From Pseudomonadota bacterium (lineage in GTDB: Bacteria > Desulfobacterota > Desulfobacteria > Desulfobacterales > JBDRRP01): a DNA stretch of 64,000 bases. Shown one piece after another: positions 40,025-49,143 of the stretch (its first letter is position 1; the number at the start of each line of letters is the position of its first letter). Made by a program: the position numbers and the translations under genes. The notes below the pieces were generated by a model. The model had not been told where the DNA came from and did not search any database. It saw only the letters and a list, made by a program, of their open reading frames with translations. The DNA is taken from positions 1 to 64,000 of the forward strand of contig JBDRRP010000068.1 in the NCBI GenBank assembly GCA_043825735.1, written 5' to 3'.

Positions 40025-41050
40025 TTAGATGACCAGCACCTTGGCGCCGCGAACATGACGCTGTTTCAGGGACAACAGAGCCGCATTGGCTTCTGATAAC
40101 CGGTAGGTTTCCACTTCGGGCGTAATGGGTATTTGAGCGGCAAGAGATAGAAATTCTGCGACATCGCGGCGGGAGACGTTGGCCACACTTTTGATTTCCT
40201 TTTCCATCCACAGGTGGGCGGGGTAGTCGATATCCAGCAGCGCCGCCTTATCTCTGTCCTCCTTGCGGATGGCGTTGATCACCAGACGTCCGCCGGGCCG
40301 TAAATTGGCCAGGGCGGCCACCACCGGCTGCCAGGCCGGGGTGGTGTCGATGATGGCGTCCAGCGGTTCAGGGGAGCTCGCCGACGTGTCACCGGCCCAC
40401 CAGGCGCCCAGTTCAACTGCGAAATCCCGCTCCTTTTCGCTCCGGGCGAAGACAGCGACCCGGGTGTCCGGAAAGCGGTGACGCACCATTTTAAGCACCA
40501 GGTGAGCCGAGGCCCCGAATCCGGTCAGGCCGAGGAGACGGCCGTTGCCGATGCCGGTGAGGGCCAGTGACCGATAACCGATCGCCCCGGCGCACAGCAG
40601 CGGCGCTGCCTGGACATCCGAAAATACCGCAGGCAGTGGAAAAGCGCTGGCTTCGGGGACTGCCGTGAATTCGGCATACCCACCATCAGCATCCCGCCCG
40701 GTGGCCCTGAAATCCGCACACAGGTTTTCCAGACCGGCGCGGCAGTGGTCGCAAATACCGCAGGATCCGTACAGCCATGCCACCCCCACGCGCTCTCCCG
40801 GTTTCAATCGGCGCACACCGGGGCCGCATTCGACCACGCGGCCCACGATCTGGTGGCCCGGCACGACGGGCAGCCGGGGCGGGGGCGTGCGCCCCTCGAT
40901 TTCGTCGAGTTCGGTGTGGCAGACGCCGCAGGCGCTCACACGGATAAGAACCTGCCCGGATCCAGGCGAGGGGGTTGGCAGCTCCACGGCTGCCAGGGGC
41001 GTGGGATTTTCCTCAAGGGATGCGATGCGGTGGATGACCTGAGCTTTCAT
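40025..41050 (-). CDS. Zinc-dependent alcohol dehydrogenase family protein (MDR)
   Basis: CGVCHTE, PGHQIVG, CGICDHC..ENLC, APLLCAG, GFGASAH. Confidence 0.92.
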   Translation of the reverse strand: MKAQVIHRIASLEENPTPLAAVELPTPSPGSGQVLIRVSACGVCHTELDEIEGRTPPPRLPVVPGHQIVGRVVECGPGVRRLKPGERVGVAWLYGSCGICDHCRAGLENLCADFRATGRDADGGYAEFTAVPEASAFPLPAVFSDVQAAPLLCAGAIGYRSLALTGIGNGRLLGLTGFGASAHLVLKMVRHRFPDTRVAVFARSEKERDFAVELGAWWAGDTSASSPEPLDAIIDTTPAWQPVVAALANLRPGGRLVINAIRKEDRDKAALLDIDYPAHLWMEKEIKSVANVSRRDVAEFLSLAAQIPITPEVETYRLSEANAALLSLKQRHVRGAKVLVI

Positions 41051-41073
41051 TGATTCCCCCTGCGTTCAATATC

Positions 41074-41178
41074 TCTCGCATCAGTCTTCGCTCTGCGAGC
41101 TACGCCGGACAAGAAGCCGCAGAGATCGCGAAGCTAAAGAAATGACATAAAATATTTTTTTTTGGCGTCTTTGCGAGA
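41074..41178. repeat. CGCAAAG/CGCAGAG-type palindromic intergenic repeat with a small inserted hairpin
   Basis: TCTCGCA ... GCCGCAGAGATCGCGAAG ... TTGGCGTCTTTGCGAGA, interrupted by GTCTTCGCTCTGCGAGCTACGCCGGAC. Confidence 0.55.
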
Positions 41179-41189
41179 AAATTGCTTTT

Positions 41190-42071
41190 TTACATATTTT
41201 TAACCTCCCGCAAGTCGTCTCCGATCATCACCAGCACCGAGGCGATGATCATCACGCTGCCCAGGTAACCGGCAACACCCATAACTTCCCCCCACCAGAA
41301 AAACGCCACCACCGCGGCCACCACCGGCTCCAGGGTAGCCGAGACGGACGCCCGCGAGGGTTCCAGATACTTCAGACTGTTGTAATAGCAAAAATAGGCC
41401 CCGTAGGTGGAAATCACCGCCACCGCCGCCAGTGACAGCCAGGCGGTCGGGGTTTTGTGGGAAAAAGTCACCCACGGCAGCAGGCACAGCGCGCCTACCG
41501 GCAGCATGTATAAAAAAAGGTTGGGGGATGTATAGCGCCCGGAGAAGTATTTGCCGAAGATGTAGTAGGCCGAGTAGCAGAAACCGGCCAGCAGACCGTA
41601 TCCTATGGCGGCCACCCCGGCGGTGACCGTGCCGGTACCCATCCGTCCGCCGTCTGTACCAACGGCTGCCACGCCCGCTACTGTCATGGTGACGGCCGCG
41701 ATTTTGACCAGAGTGATGCTTTCCTTGAAGAAGATCCGGCTCATGATGGTGACCCACACCGGTGCTGTGTAAAGGAGCACCGAAGCCAGCGCCGCCCCGC
41801 CGCTGCGGATGGCCAATTGATAGGCGCCGTAGAACATGGCCACGCCCAGGACGGCAAATACGCCAACGGGCAGGATATCGCGAGTCTCGATACGCACCTG
41901 GCGCGTCGCGGCGGCGTGGACAGCGAAACACATCCAGGCGAGCACCGCCCGCCACAGGGCCACTTCAAGGGGTTGGACGCCCTCATCGAAGGCCGCGCGG
42001 GAAACCGGGCCCAAAATCCCCCAAAGCACTGCCGCCGCCCAGATCCAAAGATAGCCGGTCAGTCGTTTCAT
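41190..42071 (-). CDS. EamA/DMT family transporter
   Basis: About 10 TM helices; AAVLWG, LLYTAP, LEPVVA motifs. Confidence 0.9.
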   Translation of the reverse strand: MKRLTGYLWIWAAAVLWGILGPVSRAAFDEGVQPLEVALWRAVLAWMCFAVHAAATRQVRIETRDILPVGVFAVLGVAMFYGAYQLAIRSGGAALASVLLYTAPVWVTIMSRIFFKESITLVKIAAVTMTVAGVAAVGTDGGRMGTGTVTAGVAAIGYGLLAGFCYSAYYIFGKYFSGRYTSPNLFLYMLPVGALCLLPWVTFSHKTPTAWLSLAAVAVISTYGAYFCYYNSLKYLEPSRASVSATLEPVVAAVVAFFWWGEVMGVAGYLGSVMIIASVLVMIGDDLREVKNM

Positions 42072-42147
42072 CCCTGCCAAATCACCTCTATTGAAGATAT
42101 CCCCTTATCAATTCGGCGGCAGGTTTGGAACGATAAAATCGGTGCCG

Positions 42148-42369
42148 TCAACCGATGGCCGTCGGCTTACAGAGCAGTTCCTTGTCCATGGACACCCGTC
42201 CGCAGCCATCGCAGACGAATTTCATGGCGGTGAGTTTACCCGCGCACATATGGGTATGCGCGGTATCGGGGGTGCCGCAGAAGCTGCAATTCTGTCGGTC
42301 CCCGCAGGGATTGCACAGGTGGCCGGGCGCATTGGCGACGGCACCGCAGTTTTTACAGGTATAGGACAT
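42148..42369 (-). CDS. Small cysteine-rich protein (73 aa, 10 Cys)
   Basis: AGGAGA RBS, then MSYTCKNCGAVANAPGHLCNPCGDRQNCSFCG...FVCDGCGRVSMDKELLCKPTAIG. It forms the tail of a longer spurious ORF in the track. Confidence 0.75.
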   Translation of the reverse strand: MSYTCKNCGAVANAPGHLCNPCGDRQNCSFCGTPDTAHTHMCAGKLTAMKFVCDGCGRVSMDKELLCKPTAIG

Positions 42370-42621
42370 GATGGGTCTCCTTTGTTTCCTGAAATGCCGG
42401 AGGTTAACAACCAGAACGAACATGGGGACGCCGGCCGTGATCGTCAAGCGGCCTGCCGCGGGTGGAACCTGAAAATTCAACAGGATCGATAGGCTACACC
42501 TCGTTTGAGGCGATCGCTTACTCAACGCTTTATCGGAACTGGCGTTTGGGATATGATGACGCAGTTTGAATCGGTGGCGATGCCACCAGCGACGGTTTTT
42601 ACCACAGACTCTGGAGGCCCT

Positions 42622-43275
42622 ATGGACACCCCGATTAACGCTTACTGGCGTATCCGGCTCGACGCTCTGAAAGAAAAACTGGAGGAAAACAATTTCACGG
42701 TGGTGATTGCCCCCACGGCGGCCGATGCCCGCCGTGCGGTGATTGAAGACATCATTCCTGCCATCAACCCCGTAAGCATTTCCTGGGGCGGTTCCACGAC
42801 CCACGTTCAAAGCGGCATCTACGAGGCGCTGAAAGCACTGCCGGCCGTCGATATCATCGACACCTACGATAAAAAACTGAGCCCCGAGGAGATGATCGAA
42901 CGCCGCCGCCGGGCGCTTCTGGTTGATCTTTTCGTCATGGGCACCAATGCCCTCACCGAAGACGGGTGCCTGGTCAACCTGGACATGATCGGAAATCGGG
43001 TGGCCGCGCTGACCTTCGGCCCACGCCACGTGGTGGTGCTGGCCGGTCGCAACAAGATCGTGCCGAGCTTCGAAGACGCCGTGGCCAGGATCAAAAATTA
43101 CGCCGCACCGGTAAACACCATGCGCCTGGATAAGAAGACGCCATGTCGCAAGACAGGCACCTGCCACGATTGCAGCAGCCCTGATCGCATTTGCAACACG
43201 TGGACGATCACGGAAAAATCGTTCCCAAAAGGACGGGTCACCGTTATCCTCATCAACGAGGATCTGGGTTTTTAA
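42622..43275 (+). CDS. LUD-domain (lactate utilization-type) protein
   Basis: GGSTT, GTNALTEDG.LVNLD..GNRVAA..FGP, GRNKIV, TPC..TG.C.DC.SPDRICN. GGAGG RBS. Confidence 0.85.
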   Translation: MDTPINAYWRIRLDALKEKLEENNFTVVIAPTAADARRAVIEDIIPAINPVSISWGGSTTHVQSGIYEALKALPAVDIIDTYDKKLSPEEMIERRRRALLVDLFVMGTNALTEDGCLVNLDMIGNRVAALTFGPRHVVVLAGRNKIVPSFEDAVARIKNYAAPVNTMRLDKKTPCRKTGTCHDCSSPDRICNTWTITEKSFPKGRVTVILINEDLGF

Positions 43276-43289
43276 CATTATTGGAATCC

Positions 43290-43483
43290 ACCACGAAGTT
43301 AATCCGCGGAAAGTCAACAGTAATTGTGGGCGTAAGTCATGCCCAAAGGCATTGAAAATTCTGAGATAATTCCCCTACGGATTAACTCATAAAAAGCATT
43401 AACAGACGTTAATATTCACGAAGTGCACGAAGAAAATCCTGAAAAACATTTGATATATAAATCTTCGTGTCCTCGTGGTTCAA
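43290..43483. repeat. CACGAAG-type palindromic repeat with a nested ~89 bp TIR-bounded insert
   Basis: ACCACGAAG (43290) ... TTCACGAAGTGCACGAAG ... CTTCGTGTCCTCGTGGTTCAA. Insert bounded by GTTAATCCG (43298-306) / CGGATTAAC (43378-86). Confidence 0.6.
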
Positions 43484-43514
43484 ACACACTTTTTACTGAT
43501 TCCAGGAGGGCGCC

Positions 43515-43922
43515 ATGCCGACGGCAACCGTCAGATGGGTGAGCGGCAAACAGTTTGTGGGGACCGACTCCCGCGGGCACAGCGTAGTGCTATCCGGCAG
43601 TGACGCCCAGGGCGGGGTCAGTCCCTCGGAGATGCTACTGGTGGCGCTGGCTGGCTGCACCGGCTACGATGTCGTTGAGATCATGGGGAAAAAACGAAAA
43701 CCACTGACATCGCTTGAAATCATCATTGATGGTGAGCGCGATGAGAAGCCGCCCTGGCCCTATCGCCGCATCCACGTGATCTACCGGGTCAAAGGCGACG
43801 GTATTTCTGAAAAGGCCATCGCACAGGCCATTCGGCTTTCAGAAGAGAAGTACTGCTCTGTGGCGGCCACGGTGCGGGGCGTCGCCAAGATTACAACGGG
43901 GTTTGAAATTCTGCCGTCATAA
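43515..43922 (+). CDS. OsmC-family protein
   Basis: SPSEMLLVALAGCTGYDV and SEEKYCSV; AGGAGG RBS. Confidence 0.9.
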   Translation: MPTATVRWVSGKQFVGTDSRGHSVVLSGSDAQGGVSPSEMLLVALAGCTGYDVVEIMGKKRKPLTSLEIIIDGERDEKPPWPYRRIHVIYRVKGDGISEKAIAQAIRLSEEKYCSVAATVRGVAKITTGFEILPS

Positions 43923-44008
43923 TGGATTTATTTGGCGCCAAAAGCGCTGAACAAATCCATTATATAATGATATCAATTCGTTCTTGATCAATCCGTGAGT
44001 TTGGGGGT

Positions 44009-44611
44009 ATGCTTGACCCCATGAAAACAGGAATCCGGAAAAGCTGTTGCAGGTTCCTATTTCTGCTGCTGCTGGCCGGCGCCATGGCCGTGCCGATGCT
44101 TCACGCCGATATCTACATGTACATCGGCAGCGACGGTGTGCTGCATTTTTCCAATGTCCCCACCAGTTCCCAGTACCGTCTTTACATAAAGGAGCGACCT
44201 GCGCGCGATGCCACTGGCGACGCCCCGTCACGTTACGACCGCCTGATACGGGAAGCCGCCGCCGCTCACGGGGTGTCACCGGCCCTCATCAAGGCGGTGA
44301 TCAAGGCTGAGAGCAATTTCGACCCCTCGGCCGTGTCCGGCAAGGGCGCCAAGGGCCTGATGCAGATCATGCCGGAAAATTTCAACCAGCTCGACATTGC
44401 CGACCCCTTCGATCCCCGCCAGAACATCATGGGCGGGGTGCGCTACTTCAAACGCCTGCACCTGCGCTACGCCGGCAAACTGCCGCTGGTGCTGGCCGCC
44501 TACAACGCCGGTCCCACCGTTGTCGACCAGTACAACGACATCCCGCCCTACCCGGAAACCCAGGCTTATGTGGAAAAGGTGATGAAGTACTACTATGCCT
44601 ACGGCCGGTAG
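44009..44611 (+). CDS. Lytic transglycosylase (SLT domain) with N-terminal DUF4124-like region
   Basis: ES.FDPSAVSGKGAKGLMQIMP, AAYNAG, PPYPETQAYV; signal peptide. Confidence 0.9.
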   Translation: MLDPMKTGIRKSCCRFLFLLLLAGAMAVPMLHADIYMYIGSDGVLHFSNVPTSSQYRLYIKERPARDATGDAPSRYDRLIREAAAAHGVSPALIKAVIKAESNFDPSAVSGKGAKGLMQIMPENFNQLDIADPFDPRQNIMGGVRYFKRLHLRYAGKLPLVLAAYNAGPTVVDQYNDIPPYPETQAYVEKVMKYYYAYGR

Positions 44612-44678
44612 TGACCATCCACAGGCGGCGTTCTCACTCATGTGCAGTCCTCGACTTGCACAACAACTCCTGGTGAAC

Positions 44679-44833
44679 ATCGGGATCGCTATCGGGATCG
44701 GTATCGACCGTAAAAAGTGATTTTGAACCACAGAGACCACAGAGACCGCAGAGAATATACAGAATAATTAGTAAGTTATCTCTGCGCTCTCTGTGTCCTC
44801 TGTGGTGATTTCAGACTTTTTACGGGATAGTCA
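44679..44833. repeat. Family B palindromic element (copy 2) preceded by a 12-bp tandem repeat
   Basis: ATCGGGATCGCT-ATCGGGATCGGT-ATCGA (44679-707), then CGTAAAAAGT...CACAGAGACCACAGAG...CTCTGTGTCCTCTGTGGT...ACTTTTTACGGGATAGTCA. Matches 19899-20025. Confidence 0.8.
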
Positions 44834-46219
44834 ATTTTTATGTGCGAGGGTCAGTGCATCGGTGGGGATGGTCAGTTTTGCCATCACTGGGGAAATGGTT
44901 TCCCTGTAGGTCGCCATCTGCTCGGGGCTCAGGTTGCGGGATGCGGGCATCGGCGTGGTCAGGGGGTCGAGCTGGCAGCCGTTTTTCCAGAACCGGTAGC
45001 ACAAGTGCGGACCGGTGGCCATGCCGGTGGCGCCGACATATCCGATCACATCGCCCTGACTGACGGAAGCGCCTTTGCGGATTCCGGTGGCAAAGCGTGA
45101 CAAGTGAAGGTATTGGGTGGCGTAGGTCTCGTTGTGACGGACTTTGATGTATTTTCCGTTGTTACTGTCGTAGCCGGCCACCAGCACTGTCCCGTCGCCG
45201 GTGCTCATGACCGGCGTGCCCACGGGGGCGGCGTAGTCGGTTCCAAGGTGCGCCTTGACGGTTCCCAGAACGGGGTGCAGCCGCTGGCGGCTGTAGCGTG
45301 AACTGATGTGGCTGTATTTGACCGGGGCCTTGAGAAACGCCTTCTCGAGGCTGCGGCCGTTTTCGTCAAAATACCCGAAGCGGTCGTTGTCCTCGTAGCG
45401 GAATGCCAGTTGGCTTTCTTCCCCATGGTGGATCACTGCCGCCAGGATCCGGCCGATGCCGATATACTTGTCATCGATATATCTTTCCTCGAAAACGACC
45501 CGGTAGGTGTCCCCGGCACGCAGGTAATGAAAATCAACGCTCCAGGCATAAATTCCGGACAGGGCGGCCATCAGGGCGGAATCTCCGCCCTGCTCGGCCA
45601 TGGACTGCCACAGGGAGGCGTCGACGATGCCGGAAATGGTGCGTACCGTTGTTGTCACGGGCTTTCGCCCCAGGGTGACGCTTCGCGGCGCTTCCAGCGA
45701 AAACACCACATATTCTTCCTGATTGATTTCGTAGACAAGATGACTGGGCGTGCGCCCCTTGGCGGGGGCGGGGATGATAAGGCAGTAAGGCCTGTTCGGA
45801 CGCAGGCTCCGGAGTTTGAACACGCCGCTGGATTTGTGGACAAGATCCATCACGGCGCTGTTGCCGACACCGTAAGTTGCCAGGATGTCGCTGAGGTTTT
45901 GGCGCGGTTTGATCCGATCGGTCATCACCTGGCAGTCGGTGATGTCGATGCCGTAGGCCAGACGGCGCGGTGCCGGTGCTACTACCGGTGCCGCCGGGGC
46001 CAGCAGGGTGGCCTCGGTCGTTTCAAGGGCGTCACCGGTGAGAAACAGTCCGGATATTGAGACGGCAATCGCGACCAGTATGGCCGCGACGGCCACGGAC
46101 CATCGGCGCCGACCACCGAAAGGCCGCCGCCGGTTCGCTTCGGCGGTGCCTGCCGGCGCGTTATCCAAGTTCGTCGAAATCAAGCCGGCGCCTTGCCCTT
46201 GCCTGAATCGGCGACGCAT
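44831..46219 (-). CDS. M23-family peptidoglycan DD-metalloendopeptidase (MepM-like)
   Basis: HLGTDYAA (HxxxD), YLHLS, TGPHL, N-terminal TM. Start may be TTG 46183. Confidence 0.9.
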   Translation of the reverse strand: MRRRFRQGQGAGLISTNLDNAPAGTAEANRRRPFGGRRRWSVAVAAILVAIAVSISGLFLTGDALETTEATLLAPAAPVVAPAPRRLAYGIDITDCQVMTDRIKPRQNLSDILATYGVGNSAVMDLVHKSSGVFKLRSLRPNRPYCLIIPAPAKGRTPSHLVYEINQEEYVVFSLEAPRSVTLGRKPVTTTVRTISGIVDASLWQSMAEQGGDSALMAALSGIYAWSVDFHYLRAGDTYRVVFEERYIDDKYIGIGRILAAVIHHGEESQLAFRYEDNDRFGYFDENGRSLEKAFLKAPVKYSHISSRYSRQRLHPVLGTVKAHLGTDYAAPVGTPVMSTGDGTVLVAGYDSNNGKYIKVRHNETYATQYLHLSRFATGIRKGASVSQGDVIGYVGATGMATGPHLCYRFWKNGCQLDPLTTPMPASRNLSPEQMATYRETISPVMAKLTIPTDALTLAHKN

Positions 46220-47085
46220 TCCTTAAGAAAGGCCATCAGGCGTCCCCGGATGTCTGGATATTCCAGGGCGTAGGCGATGTTGGCCATCTGGAAGCCGGCC
46301 TTGTTGCCACAGTCAAAGCGCTTTCCATCAAAAAGGTATCCGTAAATCGGCTGGTGTTTGAGCAGTTTGGCCATGGCGTCGGTGATCTGTATTTCACCTC
46401 CGGCGCCGGTTTCCTTTTTTTCCAGCATCTCGAAAATTTCCGGCATCAGGATGTAACGCCCGATGATGGCCCAGTTGGACGGGGCATCGGCCGGGTTCGG
46501 TTTTTCCACCATGCCGCGGATTTTCAGCACATTATCGCTGGCCGGTTCGGCATCGAGGATGCCGTATTTGTCGGTCTCGCTATGGTCCACGGTCTCGACG
46601 GCGACAATGGAGGATTGCAGCGTTTCGAACTGTTCGAGCATTTGCCGCAGCACCGGGTTGTGCGCCTTGACAAGGTCGTCAGCCAGCAAGACGGCAAAGG
46701 GTTCATTTCCCACGATATGCCGCGCGCACCAGATGGCGTGGCCAAGCCCCAGGGGCTCGTTCTGCCGGGTGTAGATCATGGATCCCGATTCGGGCACGAG
46801 GTTGGTGATCTCGTGAAAAATGGCGTCCTTGCCGCGGACCATCAGGGTCTGCTCGAGCTCGCAGGAGCGGTCGAAATGATCTTCGAGCGCCTCCTTGTGG
46901 CGGCCCGTGACAAAAATCATCTGCTCAATGCCGGCGGCCAGGGCTTCCTCCACGGCATACTGGATCAGCGGTTTATCGACGACGGGCAGCATTTCCTTGG
47001 GCATGGCCTTGGTGGCCGGTAAAAACCGCGTGCCCAGTCCTGCCACCGGAAATACCGCCTTCCGGACGATCAGTTTGTCACTCAT
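46180..47085 (-). CDS. galU: UTP--glucose-1-phosphate uridylyltransferase
   Basis: KAVFPVAGLGTRFLPATKAMPKEMLP, LGLGHAI, VEKP, GEIQITDA. Confidence 0.96.
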   Translation of the reverse strand: MSDKLIVRKAVFPVAGLGTRFLPATKAMPKEMLPVVDKPLIQYAVEEALAAGIEQMIFVTGRHKEALEDHFDRSCELEQTLMVRGKDAIFHEITNLVPESGSMIYTRQNEPLGLGHAIWCARHIVGNEPFAVLLADDLVKAHNPVLRQMLEQFETLQSSIVAVETVDHSETDKYGILDAEPASDNVLKIRGMVEKPNPADAPSNWAIIGRYILMPEIFEMLEKKETGAGGEIQITDAMAKLLKHQPIYGYLFDGKRFDCGNKAGFQMANIAYALEYPDIRGRLMAFLKECVADSGKGKAPA

Positions 47086-47223
47086 CTGAGTTTTCCTTCC
47101 CGACCATCGGCCAGTCGTTTTCTGCCATATTCAGAGCTCGCCGATTCCCAGGCGTGTAAAAAGAGCGCGCTAAGCGGCGCGCAGGTTTTCTAAGGCAAAA
47201 ATATCGTCCGTGGATCGATGCGG

Positions 47224-48288
47224 CTACACCACCGGCACCACCCACCCCATGGGGTCTTTGACTTTGCCGTACTGAATGTCGGTGAGTTCCTTGTACAGGC
47301 GCTGTGCGATCGGACCCACCTTACCATCGGACACGGTGATGTCCTTGTCCCCGTATCGGATGTCGCCCACCGGCGAAATCACAGCAGCGGTGCCGGAGCC
47401 GAAGATTTCCTTGAGCTGGCCGTTGTTGTGACCGCGCATGATTTCATCAATGCTGATCTTTCGCTCGGAGACATCCATTCCCCATGACTTGGCCAGCTTG
47501 ATCACCGAGTCCCGGGTGATGCCGGGCAGGATGCTGCCCGAGAGCGAAGGCGTGATGATTTCTTTGCCGATGACGAAAAAGATGTTCATGGAGCCCACCT
47601 CCTCCACGTATTTCTGCTCGACACCGTCGAGCCACATCACCTGGGTGTAGCCCTGCTCGTGAGCCACGTTGCCGGCCAGGAGGCTGGCGGCATAGTTGCC
47701 CGGTGTCTTGGCCTCACCCACACCGCCGATGATGGCGCGGACATAGTCTTTGGTGACAAATATTTTGATGGGGTTGAACCCTTCCGGATAATACGCACCC
47801 ACCGGAGAGAGGATGATAAAGAAGCGGTAGGTGTGGGAGGCCCGCACGCCCAGAAACGGATCCATGGCAACGACGGTGGGCCGGATGTAAAGCGAGGTGC
47901 CCTCGGCAGCCGGGACCCAGTCCTTTTCAAGGGCGATAAGCGCTTTGAGGTGCGCCAGCATCTGGGTTTCATCGACTTCAGGGATGCACATGCGCTTGCT
48001 GGAGCGGTTCATGCGGCGGATGTTGTCCTGGGGTCGAAACAACTGCACCCCACCCGACGGGGTTCGGTAGGCTTTCAGTCCTTCAAAAACACCCTGGCCG
48101 TAGTGCAGCACCATTGTCGCCGGATCCATGGTCAACGGGCCATAAGCCTCGATCCGGGGGTTGTGCCACCCGTTGTCCGGGTCATAGTCCATGTTGAACA
48201 TGTGATCGGTAAACAGCGTACCGAAACCGAGGGCGCCGCCAGCGGGTTTGGTTTTCGGGCTTTCGGTGTGGGTAATTGTCAGAGCCAT
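47224..48288 (-). CDS. ilvE: Branched-chain amino acid aminotransferase
   Basis: LHYGQGVFEGLKAY, LYIRP, AKTPGNYA, EEVGSMN, ILPGITR, GSGTAAVISP. Confidence 0.95.
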   Translation of the reverse strand: MALTITHTESPKTKPAGGALGFGTLFTDHMFNMDYDPDNGWHNPRIEAYGPLTMDPATMVLHYGQGVFEGLKAYRTPSGGVQLFRPQDNIRRMNRSSKRMCIPEVDETQMLAHLKALIALEKDWVPAAEGTSLYIRPTVVAMDPFLGVRASHTYRFFIILSPVGAYYPEGFNPIKIFVTKDYVRAIIGGVGEAKTPGNYAASLLAGNVAHEQGYTQVMWLDGVEQKYVEEVGSMNIFFVIGKEIITPSLSGSILPGITRDSVIKLAKSWGMDVSERKISIDEIMRGHNNGQLKEIFGSGTAAVISPVGDIRYGDKDITVSDGKVGPIAQRLYKELTDIQYGKVKDPMGWVVPVV

Positions 48289-48303
48289 CGATCATCTCCT
48301 CGT

Positions 48304-48328
48304 TAGTGTCCATTTGTAAACGGACACT
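48304..48328. repeat. Collapsed remnant of the family A element (joined termini only)
   Basis: TAGTGTCCAT-TTGTAA-ACGGACACT matches the left and right termini of 26803-26948 without the interior. Confidence 0.55.
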
Positions 48329-48957
48329 CATTGTGTAGGTTTGCCGGCCGCCTCATCAGCCGTGGTCCGGGTCAGGACAGAAAGGCCGGTGTGCGGGTCC
48401 GTTTGTCGATTCATTGGTTGGCCCAGCCACTCCTGAATGAGGATTTCCGCCCCCAGCGTCAGGGTCTCTGAAAAAAGCCTTCCTCCGATGACGTTTCCGG
48501 CGTCATCGGCGATGGCCATGCATGCCATCACGTCCGGCGCTGCGGGACCGCCCGTGATCGTTCCGCTACAGTGAACGATCTCTCCGGTGAAGGATTCCGT
48601 GGCGGTGACATACACCTGCTGCTGCGGATCAAACACACCGAGGGTGACCCGGGTGACATTGCCACGGACCGAAAACGTCCCCTGCCCGATGCCGTGGTTG
48701 CAACAGACGGCCACGATTGTGTCTACCAGATCCCGGTTGTCGGGTAAAGACCCCATGAGGTGCCGGCCCGGGCAGACCTCCCACAACAGCGGCTTTTTCC
48801 TATTTTCTCGCAGCGGTTTCAATGATGTTGTTTTTTGATCCGATGAGTGCGGTGAGGTCCATCGCATCACCGCGGCGGTGTCGCCAAGGGGTCGGCTCTG
48901 GCGATCTACCGTGAATTCAGTGTGCTGAGCGGCGATCAACTGTGAGCGTGCGCTCAC
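48328..48957 (-). CDS. PPC/DUF296-domain protein
   Basis: GRHLMGSLP..DLVD, G.FSVRG.V....LG.FD, EIVHCSGTI, GGRL. Start uncertain, probably downstream of 48957. Confidence 0.65.
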   Translation of the reverse strand: MSARSQLIAAQHTEFTVDRQSRPLGDTAAVMRWTSPHSSDQKTTSLKPLRENRKKPLLWEVCPGRHLMGSLPDNRDLVDTIVAVCCNHGIGQGTFSVRGNVTRVTLGVFDPQQQVYVTATESFTGEIVHCSGTITGGPAAPDVMACMAIADDAGNVIGGRLFSETLTLGAEILIQEWLGQPMNRQTDPHTGLSVLTRTTADEAAGKPTQ

Positions 48958-49072
48958 CGTAGCACCTTTACGTCGTCATAGCACTGGCGCGACGTTTGTA
49001 CAAGGTCGATATATCCGAGATAAAAGGGTTTTTCACAGATCGCCGCGGTTTTTTACCGTTTCGGCAGGCGGT

Positions 49073-49101
49073 TTGACTTTGACGGGACCCTTGGATATGG
49101 T
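49073..49101 (+). promoter_or_regulatory. Putative sigma70 promoter
   Basis: TTGACT-N17-TATGGT upstream of the YkgJ gene. Confidence 0.45.
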
Positions 49102-49143
49102 CGGCCAGCAATTTCACTAAAAACAAAGGAGTGTTTTCACCTC

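Noticed and set aside
42370..43317. 389-aa minus-strand ORF in the track
   Set aside because: Mostly antisense to the LUD gene; only the last 73 codons, with their own RBS, look real.
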